From positions 13,755-77,754 of the forward strand of contig JBBQNQ010000001.1 in the NCBI GenBank assembly GCA_038330095.1: a DNA stretch of 64,000 bases, given 5' to 3'. A model generated the notes under the pieces. That model was not told the origin of the DNA. It did not search any database and saw only the letters and a list, made by a program, of their open reading frames with translations. Position numbers and translations under genes: made by a program. This stretch comes from Solirubrobacterales bacterium. GTDB lineage: Bacteria > Actinomycetota > Thermoleophilia > Solirubrobacterales > Solirubrobacteraceae. Of this stretch, positions 47,908-57,279 are shown in pieces (position 1 is the stretch's first letter; the number at the start of each line of letters is the position of its first letter).

Positions 47908-48900
47908 TCAGGTCCGCGGAGCCTTGTCGACGTCGCGGTGGCTGACCTCGACGAGGTACTCCCCGCGACGGCGGTACAGGGCCGACAGGTACTCGGCGAT
48001 GACCACGGAACGGTGGCGCCCGCCGGTGCAGCCGATGGCGATGGTGAGGTGCGCTTTGCCCTCGGCGACGTACTGGGGAAGCAGGTAGTCGAGCAGCGGA
48101 ACGAGGTGGGCGTAGAACGCCTGCAGCTCGCCGCCACGATCGACGTAGGCGATGATGCGCGGGTCCACCCCGGTCAGGGATCGCAGCCGTGCCTCGTAGT
48201 GTGGATTGGGCAGGAAGCGCACGTCGAAGGCAAGGTCGGCGTCGCGCGGGGGGCCGTGCTTGTGGCCGAAGCTCATGAAGGTGACGGCCAGCTTGCCCGG
48301 CGTGCTCGTAGGGAGCATCTCGTCGGCGACCCGCCTGCGCAGCTCGGAGGCCTTGAGCCCGGTGGTGTCGATCACGATCTCGGCGCGCTCCTTCAGCGGC
48401 TCGAGCAGCGCGTGCTCGGCCGCGATGCCGTCGGCGACGCTGCCCATCGGGGACAGCGGGTGGCGGCGGCGCGTCTCCTTGAAGCGGGTGAGCAGCGCCT
48501 GCTCCTCGGCATCGAGGAACAGCACGCGGTGCGCGATGCCGGCCTGCTCCAGGCCGTCGAGCACCTCGACCAGGCCCTCGAAGTAGTCCCCGCCGCGCAC
48601 GTCGGTGACCACGGCCGAGCGCTCGACCTGCGAACCCGGATGCACGAAGAGATCGGCGAGGTGGCGGATCATCTCGGGCGGCAGGTTGTCGACGCAGAAG
48701 TAGCCCGCGTCCTCGAACAGGTGCATCGTGGTGGACTTGCCGGCGCCGGAGTAGCCGGTGATGATCACCAGGTCGCGCAGCGGCGAGGGCTGCTCGCGGG
48801 GCGCGTCGCGCCCGTTTCGCCGGCTCAGGCGCAGCCGCTCGCTGAGGCGAACGGGCCGGGCGGCCTCCATGCGACTGATTCTGGCGGGCTCATCGGTCAT
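47908..48900 (-). CDS. rapZ: RNase adapter / P-loop nucleotide-binding protein RapZ (YvcJ family)
   Basis: ITGYSGAGKST Walker A, FCVDNLP, C-terminal GCTGGRHRSV. It has a ~40-aa N-terminal extension. Confidence 0.9.
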   Translation of the reverse strand: MTDEPARISRMEAARPVRLSERLRLSRRNGRDAPREQPSPLRDLVIITGYSGAGKSTTMHLFEDAGYFCVDNLPPEMIRHLADLFVHPGSQVERSAVVTDVRGGDYFEGLVEVLDGLEQAGIAHRVLFLDAEEQALLTRFKETRRRHPLSPMGSVADGIAAEHALLEPLKERAEIVIDTTGLKASELRRRVADEMLPTSTPGKLAVTFMSFGHKHGPPRDADLAFDVRFLPNPHYEARLRSLTGVDPRIIAYVDRGGELQAFYAHLVPLLDYLLPQYVAEGKAHLTIAIGCTGGRHRSVVIAEYLSALYRRRGEYLVEVSHRDVDKAPRT

Positions 48901-48978
48901 GGGGTGACGATGCTGTTAACGCAGCGGGTGCGCATGCGGTTCGGGGAAGCTCTCGGCCGGCGGGATCGCGGGGCTCGC

Positions 48979-50868
48979 TCAGCGGCCGGTCTTGTTGAGC
49001 GAGGCGTAGAGCACGCGGGCCACCTTGCCCGGGATCCCCGGGACCGCCTCGAGCTCCTCGCGCGACGCCGCCAGGACCGCCTCGGGGGATCCGAAGTGGT
49101 TGAGCAGCGCGCGCTTGCGGGCGGGGCCGATGCCCTGCAGCCCATCGAAGATCGACTCGGTCATCTCGCGGTCGCGGCGCGCGCGGTGGTGAGTCAGCGC
49201 GAAGCGGTGCGCCTCGTCGCGAACCCGCTGGAGCAACTGGAGCTCGGGCGTGTCGTGGTCGAGCATGAGCGGCGCCTGCCGTCCAGGGAGGAAGACCTCT
49301 TCGATGCGCTTGGCGAGGGCGATGACCGCGACGCCGCGCTCGCGGAAGCCGGGCAGCGCGGCCATCGCGCTGGACAGCTGGCCCCTGCCGCCGTCGATGA
49401 CGATCACGTTGGGCAGCGCGGCGAAGCTCGCGTCGTGCTCGCGGTCGTGGGGCGAGATGTCGTGCTGGCGCTCGAACTGGGCGAGGCGGCGGCCGAGGAC
49501 CTCGGACATCGCCGCGAAGTCGTCGGCGCCCTCGAAGCCGCGGATCCGGAAGCGCCGGTAGTCGGACTTCTTGGGCGCGCCGCCCTCGAAGACGACCATC
49601 GAGGCTACGTTGTTTGTGCCCATCAGGTTGGAGATGTCGAAGCACTCGATCCGCAGCGGGACGGAGTCGAGGCGCAGGGCGCGCTGAAGGCCGTCGAGCG
49701 CTTCGACGCGCCGCTGCCGGCGCCGCTCCGCCTTCAGCTTCTCCTGGTCGAGCGCCAGGCGGGCGTTGCGTTCGGCGAGGTCGAGGATGCGCCGCTTGTC
49801 GCCGCGCTCGGCGTGACGTAGCTCGACGGGCCCTCCGCGACGCTGCGCGAGGACCTCCGCCAGCGCAGAACCCTCCCCCACTCCGCGCTGCACCACCAGC
49901 TGCGTCGGGATGGCCATCGCGCTCGCGTAGTACTGGAGGATGAACTCCTCGGCCACCTCTTCGACCTCGCGGCCCGCCTCGTTGAGCAGGTAGAAGCTCT
50001 GACGGTCGGACAGCACGCCGTCACGGACCTGGAAGACCTGGGCGTTGGCGTCCGCGTCCTCGACAGCGACGGCGATGGCGTCGAGCGTGCCCACCGCCTC
50101 GTTGGAGATCCGCTGGCGCTCGAGCAGCGAGCGAACGGCGCGCAGGCGGTTGCGCTCCAGTGCGGCCTGCTCGAAGCGCTGGTCCTCGGCCGCCCGCTTC
50201 ATCCGCCCCTCGAGCTGGGCCTCGATCTCCCGGTAGCGGCCGGAGAGGAAGTCGACAACCCCGTCGATCATCCCCCGGTACTCCTCCTTGTCGACATAGC
50301 CGACGCAGGGCGCCTCGCAGCGCTTGATGTAGTAGTCCAGGCACGGCGAGCCGCTGCGCCTCCCCGGCTCCGGCCCCTCGCAGGAACGGAACAGGAAGAT
50401 CTTCTGCAGCAGGTCGAGCGTGCCGCGCACCTTCTTGGCGTTGGAGTAAGGGCCGAAGTACGCGCGCTCACGGCGGTGGCGCTCGCGCGTGAAGAACACG
50501 CGCGGGAAGTCCTCCTCGAGGCTGAGCGCGATGTAGGGGTAGGACTTGTCGTCGCGCAACCGGATGTTGAAGCGCGGCTTGTACTGCTTGATGAAGTTCT
50601 GCTCGGCGAGCAGCGCCTCGGCCTCGGTCTCGGTGGCGAGGTACTCGATCGCGTCGACCAGCTCACGCAGCTCGACGAAGCCGCGCGTGGCGGGGCTCGA
50701 GAAGTGTGAGGCCACGCGCTTGCGGATCGACTTCGCCTTGCCGACGTAGATCACCCGTCCGCGCGCGTCGCGGAAGAGGTACACCCCCGGCCCGTCGGGC
50801 AGCGCGCGGCGCTGCTCGGCGAGGCGGCTGGGGGTCCGCTTCGTCGTCTGTGGAGTCGTCGAGGCCAT
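48979..50868 (-). CDS. uvrC: excinuclease ABC subunit C
   Basis: GIY-YIG (GVYLFRDARGRVIYVGKA), UVR domain, RNase H-like endonuclease domain, C-terminal HhH. Confidence 0.95.
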   Translation of the reverse strand: MASTTPQTTKRTPSRLAEQRRALPDGPGVYLFRDARGRVIYVGKAKSIRKRVASHFSSPATRGFVELRELVDAIEYLATETEAEALLAEQNFIKQYKPRFNIRLRDDKSYPYIALSLEEDFPRVFFTRERHRRERAYFGPYSNAKKVRGTLDLLQKIFLFRSCEGPEPGRRSGSPCLDYYIKRCEAPCVGYVDKEEYRGMIDGVVDFLSGRYREIEAQLEGRMKRAAEDQRFEQAALERNRLRAVRSLLERQRISNEAVGTLDAIAVAVEDADANAQVFQVRDGVLSDRQSFYLLNEAGREVEEVAEEFILQYYASAMAIPTQLVVQRGVGEGSALAEVLAQRRGGPVELRHAERGDKRRILDLAERNARLALDQEKLKAERRRQRRVEALDGLQRALRLDSVPLRIECFDISNLMGTNNVASMVVFEGGAPKKSDYRRFRIRGFEGADDFAAMSEVLGRRLAQFERQHDISPHDREHDASFAALPNVIVIDGGRGQLSSAMAALPGFRERGVAVIALAKRIEEVFLPGRQAPLMLDHDTPELQLLQRVRDEAHRFALTHHRARRDREMTESIFDGLQGIGPARKRALLNHFGSPEAVLAASREELEAVPGIPGKVARVLYASLNKTGR

Positions 50869-50902
50869 CGCCTCGAGGATAGGTGCGGCTTGGGCGGGCG
50901 GC

Positions 50903-51598
50903 TCAGGTCTCGCGAGCCGCGGCGTGCGCCGCGACCGGCGCCGAGGCCCCGCGCATGAGCACGATGCTCGTCACCAGCACCCAGACCACGAAGACCAGGA
51001 AGCTCACGAAGCCGGCGGCACCGCCGATCGAGACGAATGCGTCGCTCTCTCCGTAAATGCTTAGTGCTCCGAGGATCGACACGATGGCGGTGAGGACCCC
51101 CAGCGCCCCGACGGCACGGGGCAGCACCCCGGTGCGCAGGATGACGGCGGCGCTCGCCGCGGTGAGCCCAGCGGCCGGAAAGGCGATCAGCGCGTAGACG
51201 TAGATCTGCGCGTCGTAGAACGCTCGTACCGTGGCGTCGTCGAGCTGCTCGGCGTGCAGGGTCGGCGCGAGTCCCAGGGCCGAGCCGACCAGGACGAGCG
51301 CGAGCAGGGCGATGCCGCTGCCGAAGGCCACCTCGGTGAGGCGGCCGGTGCCGCCCTCGGCCGCGCGAAGGTGACCGCGCAGCGTTCCGAGGAACCACAG
51401 CAGCGCGATGACCGCGAGCCCGGTGAAGAACGTCGCCGCCTGCAGCGTGTCGCGCTCGTCGACGAAGAACTTCCGGATGTCTGCGACCGGATCGGTCGCC
51501 GCCGGCGGCTTGCCCGGCAGCAGGCTGGCCGCGACGATCAGCACCACGAAGGCGATGCCCGCCGCCGCGTCGAACCGCTCGGTGCGATCCTGGTCCAT
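50903..51598 (-). CDS. hypothetical integral membrane protein
   Basis: Six hydrophobic helices. No family recognised. Confidence 0.55.
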   Translation of the reverse strand: MDQDRTERFDAAAGIAFVVLIVAASLLPGKPPAATDPVADIRKFFVDERDTLQAATFFTGLAVIALLWFLGTLRGHLRAAEGGTGRLTEVAFGSGIALLALVLVGSALGLAPTLHAEQLDDATVRAFYDAQIYVYALIAFPAAGLTAASAAVILRTGVLPRAVGALGVLTAIVSILGALSIYGESDAFVSIGGAAGFVSFLVFVVWVLVTSIVLMRGASAPVAAHAAARET

Positions 51599-51683
51599 GC
51601 CTCAGCTCCTCCCCGGCGATCCTTTCACTGGTGATCACCGCGGGTCAAGCCGCGGTCGTGATCTGAGTACTAGCTTGGACGGC

Positions 51684-52706
51684 GTGGGCGTCAACCTGTA
51701 CAGCGACACGCAGACCCGCCCGACGGAGGGGATGCGGCAGGCGATGGCGCGGGCCGAGGTCGGCGACGAGCAGCGCGGGCTCGATCCGACGGTCAACGCC
51801 CTCCAGGAGCGCGTCGCGCAGCTGCTCGGCCAGGAGGCGGCGCTGTTCCTGCCCACCGGGACGCTGTGCAACATCATCGCCACCCGCCTGCACGTCCGCC
51901 CGGGAGGCGATGAGGTCCTGATGCACCACAGCGCGCATCCGTTCCACGCCGAGGCGGGCGGGCCGGCGGCGATCTCTGGGGCGACGCTGCATCCCCTCGA
52001 CGGGGACGGCGGCATCGTCGCGCCGGAGGCGTTCGAGGCGGCCATTCGCCCGACCGGCGACCGCTACGGCCCGCGCACGCGCCTGCTGTGGGTGGAGCAG
52101 ACCGCGAACCTGACGGGCGGCCGAGTATGGCCGCTGGAGACGGTCCGCGGGGTGCTGGACGTGGCCCGCCGCCGCGGCCTGCGTGCGCACCTCGACGGAG
52201 CGCGGCTGCTCAACGCCGTGACCGCGACCGGCGTTCCGGCGGACGGATGGGCGACGAGCTTCGACACCGCGTGGCTGGACTTCAGCAAGGGCCTGGGCGC
52301 GCCGGCCGGGGCGTGCCTGGCCGGCTCGGCCGAGATGGTCGAAGAGGCGTGGCGCTACAAGCAGATGCTCGGTGGCGCGCTGCGCCAGGCCGGCGTGCTC
52401 GCCGCCGCGGCGCTCTACGCGCTCGACCACCATGTCGAGCGGTTGGCCCAGGATCACGCCAACGCGCGCGTCCTCGCCGCGGGCCTGGCGGAGCTTGAGG
52501 GCATCGCGCTCGACCCCTCGGCGGTGGAGACCAACATCGTGATCTGCGAGGTCGCCGACGCGGGCGCGCTCGCGTCAGCGCTGGCGCGAGCGGGGGTCCA
52601 GGTGAGCACGGTCGACGACCGTCGGGTGCGCATGATCACCCATCTCGACGTCGACCTGGCCGGCGTCGGGCGCGCACTCGACGCGGTACGCGCCGCGCTG
52701 GCCTGA
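51684..52706 (+). CDS. low-specificity threonine aldolase / GntG-family PLP aldolase
   Basis: YSDTQTRPT, GDEQRG, LFLPTGTLCN and FSKGLGAP (PLP Lys) motifs. The start may be TTG at 51675. Confidence 0.85.
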   Translation: MGVNLYSDTQTRPTEGMRQAMARAEVGDEQRGLDPTVNALQERVAQLLGQEAALFLPTGTLCNIIATRLHVRPGGDEVLMHHSAHPFHAEAGGPAAISGATLHPLDGDGGIVAPEAFEAAIRPTGDRYGPRTRLLWVEQTANLTGGRVWPLETVRGVLDVARRRGLRAHLDGARLLNAVTATGVPADGWATSFDTAWLDFSKGLGAPAGACLAGSAEMVEEAWRYKQMLGGALRQAGVLAAAALYALDHHVERLAQDHANARVLAAGLAELEGIALDPSAVETNIVICEVADAGALASALARAGVQVSTVDDRRVRMITHLDVDLAGVGRALDAVRAALA

Positions 52707-52749
52707 GCCGGCCGCGCGGGGGCCGCGGGGACGGCGATATGCTCGCGTC

Positions 52750-55008
52750 GTGGCCGAGCCCCGCGTCGCCTACCGCACGTGCCCGCTGTGCGAGGCGACC
52801 TGCGGGCTGGAGATCACGGTGAACGGAGGTGTGAGCGCGATCCGGGGCGACCGCCAGGACGTGCTCAGCCACGGGTTCATCTGTCCCAAGGGGCCGTCGC
52901 TCAAGGCGCTGCACGAGGACCCCGACCGGCTACGTACACCGGTGCGACGGACGCCCGCGGGTGACTTCGAGCCGATCGGCTGGGACCAGGCCTTCGAGCT
53001 CATCGACGAGCGCCTGGGTCCGATCCTCGCCCGCGACGGCCGTGGCGCGGTGGCCACGTACTTCGGCAACCCGTCGGCCCACAACCTCGATTCCCTGATC
53101 TACGGGCGCGCGCTGATTCGGGCGATCGGCTCGCGCAACGTCTTCTCGGCGAGCACGGTCGACCAGATGCCCAAGCACGTCTCCGCCGGGCTGATGTTCG
53201 GAACGCCGATCAGCGTCCCCGTGCCCGACGTCGACCGTACCGACTACCTGCTCATGCTCGGGGCCAACCCACTTGCCTCCAACGGCTCGCTGCTGACCGC
53301 CCCCGACATGCGCGGCCGGCTGCGTCGCCTGCGCGAGCGCGGCGGCCGGCTGGTGGTCGTCGACCCGCGCCGCACGCGCACCGCTGAGGTGGCCGACGAG
53401 CACATCGCGCTGCGGCCCGGCACCGACGCCCAGCTCCTGTTCGCCATGGTGAACGTGATCCTGTCCGAGGGGCTGGACGCACCCGGACCGCTCGCCCCGC
53501 TGTGCGAGGGGCTCGGTGAGCTGCCCGCGCTCGCGCGCCCGTTCACCCCGGAGGCGGTGGGCGCCGCGTGCGGGATCCCCGCGGACGACGTCCGCCGGCT
53601 CGCGCGGGACCTCGCGGGCGCGCGCCGCGCGGCGGTCTACGGCCGGATCGGAACCTGCACGCAGGAGTTCGGGACGCTCGCGAGCTGGCTGGTCGACGTA
53701 CTGAACGTGCTGACGGGAAACCTCGACCGGCCGGGCGGCGCGCTGTTCCCCAAGGCCGCGGCGGGGGCCCGCAACACGAGCGGCGAGCCGGGGCGCGGCC
53801 GCGGTCTGCGGATCGGGCGCTGGCAGTCGCGGGTCCGCGGGCTGGGCGAGGTGCTCGGCGAGCTGCCGGTCGCCTGCCTGGCCGAGGAGATCGACACGCC
53901 GGGCGAGGGCCAGGTCCGGGCTCTGCTCACGATCGCCGGCAACCCGGCGCTCAGCACGCCCAACAGCGGCAGGCTCGGACGCGCGCTGGCGTCGCTGGAG
54001 TTCATGGTGAGCGTGGACATCTACGTCAATGAGACCACGCGCCACGCCGACGTCATCCTCCCCGGCGACTCGCCGCTGGCGCACTCGCACTACGACCTCG
54101 CCCTCTACCAGTTCGCCATCCACAACGTCGCGAACTACTCGCCGCCGGTGGTCGATCCCGAGCCGGGGCTCGAGCCCGAGTGGCGGACGCTGCTGCGGTT
54201 GGCCGGGATCGCCGCCGGCCAGGGAGCCCACTGCGACGTCGACGCGCTCGACGACCTGGTCGTCGGCGAGCTCGTGCGCCGCGAGCTGGCCGATGCCCAC
54301 TCGCCGCTGACCGGCCGGGACGCGGGGGAGGTGCTGGCGGCGCTCGAGCCGCGCCGCGGACCCGAGAGGGTGCTCGACCTGATGCTCCGTGTCGGCCCCT
54401 ACGGTGACGGCTTCGGCGCGCGGGACGGCGCGCTGTCGCTCGCGGCGCTCGAGGCCGCACCGCACGGCGTCGACCTCGGCCCGCTGCGGCCACGGCTGCC
54501 CGAGGTGCTGCGTACGCCGAGCGGGCGGATCGAGGTGGCGCCCGAACCGATCGTCCGCGACGTGGAGCGGCTGCGCGCGGCGCTGGAACGCCGGTCGAGC
54601 GAGGGCGGGCTCGTGCTCGTCGGCCGCCGCCAGCTGCGCTCCAACAACTCCTGGATGCACAACCTTGCTCCGCTGGTGCGCGGAAAGCCCCGCTGCACGG
54701 TGCAGGTGCATCCCGAGGACGCCGCGCGCCTCTCGCTGACCGACGGCGAACCCGCGGTGGTGAGCTCCGCAGCCGGATCGATCGAGGTTCCAGTCGAGAT
54801 CACGGACTCCGTGATGTGCGGTGTCGTGAGCATCCCTCACGGCTGGGGCCACGACGACCCGGGTGTGCGGATGCGCGTGGCCGCCGAGCACGCGGGCGCG
54901 AACAGCAACATTCTCGCCGATGAGGCGCTCGTCGACGTGCTGTCGGGAAACGCGGTCCTAAACGGCTTCCCAGTGCGAGTTTCGCCGGTGTCCGTGGCCG
55001 TCGGCTAG
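52750..55008 (+). CDS. molybdopterin-dependent oxidoreductase (MopB superfamily, substrate unknown)
   Basis: N-terminal Fe-S motif CPLCEATCGL...GFICPKG. Molybdopterin-binding and C-terminal dinucleotide-binding domains (VQVHPEDAARL). Confidence 0.85.
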   Translation: MAEPRVAYRTCPLCEATCGLEITVNGGVSAIRGDRQDVLSHGFICPKGPSLKALHEDPDRLRTPVRRTPAGDFEPIGWDQAFELIDERLGPILARDGRGAVATYFGNPSAHNLDSLIYGRALIRAIGSRNVFSASTVDQMPKHVSAGLMFGTPISVPVPDVDRTDYLLMLGANPLASNGSLLTAPDMRGRLRRLRERGGRLVVVDPRRTRTAEVADEHIALRPGTDAQLLFAMVNVILSEGLDAPGPLAPLCEGLGELPALARPFTPEAVGAACGIPADDVRRLARDLAGARRAAVYGRIGTCTQEFGTLASWLVDVLNVLTGNLDRPGGALFPKAAAGARNTSGEPGRGRGLRIGRWQSRVRGLGEVLGELPVACLAEEIDTPGEGQVRALLTIAGNPALSTPNSGRLGRALASLEFMVSVDIYVNETTRHADVILPGDSPLAHSHYDLALYQFAIHNVANYSPPVVDPEPGLEPEWRTLLRLAGIAAGQGAHCDVDALDDLVVGELVRRELADAHSPLTGRDAGEVLAALEPRRGPERVLDLMLRVGPYGDGFGARDGALSLAALEAAPHGVDLGPLRPRLPEVLRTPSGRIEVAPEPIVRDVERLRAALERRSSEGGLVLVGRRQLRSNNSWMHNLAPLVRGKPRCTVQVHPEDAARLSLTDGEPAVVSSAAGSIEVPVEITDSVMCGVVSIPHGWGHDDPGVRMRVAAEHAGANSNILADEALVDVLSGNAVLNGFPVRVSPVSVAVG

Positions 55009-55117
55009 GCTGCCTTCGCGCGCTCCGGCGGGGCGGACTTGGCGCGTCGACACCGAAGTCGCGGTAAGATGGTCCGCGAGTAGGACTTTTCGAACGGAGA
55101 TCGAAGGCGGGGCAGGG

Positions 55118-55759
55118 ATGGACCAGGGGAGCCGGGACGCCGCCGTAAGCGGCCATAGCTTGTCGGAGGCGCCGGTCAGGCGCTGGTCGCGCGCTGCGCT
55201 GCTGCGGCGCGCCGGCGCCGGCGGCTTGGCGGTTTCGCTCGGAGGGGCGCTGCTCGCCCGTCGGTCGGGTCCCGCGGTGTCTTCCCCTTCGGTCGACGCC
55301 CGCGTGCTGCAGTTCGCCCTGATCGTCGAGCGCCTTCAGGCCGCGTTCTACGCCGAGGCCAACAAGAACGGGAAGCTGCGCGGCGAGGTTGCGGAGTTCT
55401 CGCGCGTCGTCGGCGCCAACGAGCGTGAGCACGTCGCCTTCGTCACGAAGGCGCTGCGGGGCTCGGCGGCCGCCGCTCCGCGGTTCTCCTTCGGCGATGC
55501 CACGACCAGCGAGAAACAGTTCGTCCGTTCCGCGGTGGAGCTCGAGGACCTCGGGCTCGCGGCCTACAACGGCCAGGCCACGAACCTCAGTCCCGCCGCG
55601 CTCGCGGCGGCTGCCAAGATAGTGTCGGTCGAGGCTCGACACGCCGCCTGGATCCGCGACCTGGCCGGCAAGCCGCCCGCCCCTCTCGCGGTGGATAAGC
55701 CGCTCGACGAGGCGCAGGTTCGCGCGGCGCTCAAGCGGACCGGGTACATCAAGCCATGA
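55118..55759 (+). CDS. Tat-signal ferritin-like (di-iron) domain protein
   Basis: RRWSRAALLRRAGAGG twin-arginine region. Paired ExxH motifs (EREH, EARH). Confidence 0.75.
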   Translation: MDQGSRDAAVSGHSLSEAPVRRWSRAALLRRAGAGGLAVSLGGALLARRSGPAVSSPSVDARVLQFALIVERLQAAFYAEANKNGKLRGEVAEFSRVVGANEREHVAFVTKALRGSAAAAPRFSFGDATTSEKQFVRSAVELEDLGLAAYNGQATNLSPAALAAAAKIVSVEARHAAWIRDLAGKPPAPLAVDKPLDEAQVRAALKRTGYIKP

Positions 55760-56457
55760 CTCTCACCGACCCCCTGCCCGATCTTCGCTGGGTCGACATC
55801 GACGTCGACGGCGCACTGGCCGAGACCGAGGCCGCCGCCGCCCCGTGGACGCGAGCGGACTTCCTGCGAGGCGGCCTCGGCGCCCTGCTCGGCTCGCTCG
55901 CCGTACCGGCACTTGCGGGCGCGGCATCGAAACCCGACCGCGGCGACGTCGCCATCCTCAACTACGCGCTGACGCTTGAGGAGCTCCAGGCAGCGTTCTA
56001 CACCGAAACCGAGCAGGCCAACGCCCTGAAGGGGGAGACCAAGGTGCAGGCGCGGGTCGTCGGGGGGCACGAGCGCGCCCACGTCAAGGCCTTCCGCGAC
56101 GTGCTGGGCAGCAAGGCCGGCAAGCAGCCGTCGTTCGACTTTCGGGGAGTGACCGAAAACGAGGACGATTTCCGGCGCACCGCCGTCGCCTTCGAGGACC
56201 TCGCCGTCGCCGCCTACAAGGCCCAGGCGCCGGCGATCCGCAGCAAGGCCTACCTTGCCGCAGCCATCGGCATCCACTCCGTCGAGGCCCGCCACGCCGG
56301 GTGGATCCGCCGGCTCGCCGGTCGGTCGCCGGTCAATACCGCCTTCGACGAGCCGATAAGCGCCACCCGGGTGCGGGCGATCGTCGCGAAGACCAACTTC
56401 GTCACCTCCAGCCCGAAGACCGGAACGAAGAAGGGGAGCCCGCGTTTCACCGGATGA
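55756..56457 (+). CDS. Tat-signal ferritin-like (di-iron) domain protein, paralog
   Basis: RADFLRGGLGAL Tat-like region. ERAH and EARH motifs. ATGA overlap with the upstream gene. Confidence 0.75.
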   Translation: MTLTDPLPDLRWVDIDVDGALAETEAAAAPWTRADFLRGGLGALLGSLAVPALAGAASKPDRGDVAILNYALTLEELQAAFYTETEQANALKGETKVQARVVGGHERAHVKAFRDVLGSKAGKQPSFDFRGVTENEDDFRRTAVAFEDLAVAAYKAQAPAIRSKAYLAAAIGIHSVEARHAGWIRRLAGRSPVNTAFDEPISATRVRAIVAKTNFVTSSPKTGTKKGSPRFTG

Positions 56458-57275
56458 TCACCACCGCCGGCGAGGCTTGGCGACGCGGTGGGCGGGTCGC
56501 CGGGGCGGCCCTGGGTGCTCTGGTGGTGGGACTGGCGGGACTCGTGCTCGTCGGCCCTTTCGGGGCCGGTGGCGACGACGGTGGCGGGCTGGGCGCGCCC
56601 CTTCCTGCGCCGCCCAAGTCGGCCCTGAACATCCCGCGGCCGCTCGCGCTGGCGGCCGCCGACCGGCGCGCCACGCGCTGGGCGCCGGTCCGCATCCCGG
56701 TCGTCGCCCGCAGAGCTCCTTCCCTGCGGGCTGCCGGGGTCACGATGCTTGCCACCAAGACGCCCGAGGGCACGGCCAACCTGGTCGTGGTCCTTCCCGG
56801 CGCGCTTCGCCGTGGCGGCCGTCTGTGGGTGAGGGCCCGGGTGCCGGCGCGCGCCCAGGAGCCCATGACGGGCTGGGTGCCACGGCGATCGCTGGGCGGC
56901 TACCGCGTGGTGAAGACGCGCCTGGTGGTCGACCTCCGCGGGCGCACCGCCACGCTGATGCGCGCGGGTCGGGTGGTGCTGCGAGCGCCCGTCGGCGTCG
57001 GCCTACCGGCGTCGCCCACCCCGCGCGGAGAGTTCTACGTGCGCGACCGGCTCGAGCGCTACGCGAGCCCGGTCTACGGACCGCTCGCCTTCGGGACGAG
57101 CGCCCGCAGCAACCTGAGCGAGTGGCCGGCCGGCGGCTTCGTCGGCATCCACGGGACCGACCAACCGCAGCTCGTGCCGGGAAGCGTGTCGCGAGGGTGC
57201 ATCCGTATGCGTAACGCGGACATCGAAAGACTCGGCCGGCTCATGCCGGTGGGAACCCCGCTGCGCATCCGCTGA
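56454..57275 (+). CDS. L,D-transpeptidase (YkuD domain) with N-terminal TM anchor
   Basis: GIHGT...SRGCIRM catalytic motif. ATGA overlap with the upstream gene. Confidence 0.85.
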   Translation: MITTAGEAWRRGGRVAGAALGALVVGLAGLVLVGPFGAGGDDGGGLGAPLPAPPKSALNIPRPLALAAADRRATRWAPVRIPVVARRAPSLRAAGVTMLATKTPEGTANLVVVLPGALRRGGRLWVRARVPARAQEPMTGWVPRRSLGGYRVVKTRLVVDLRGRTATLMRAGRVVLRAPVGVGLPASPTPRGEFYVRDRLERYASPVYGPLAFGTSARSNLSEWPAGGFVGIHGTDQPQLVPGSVSRGCIRMRNADIERLGRLMPVGTPLRIR

Positions 57276-57279
57276 ACCC

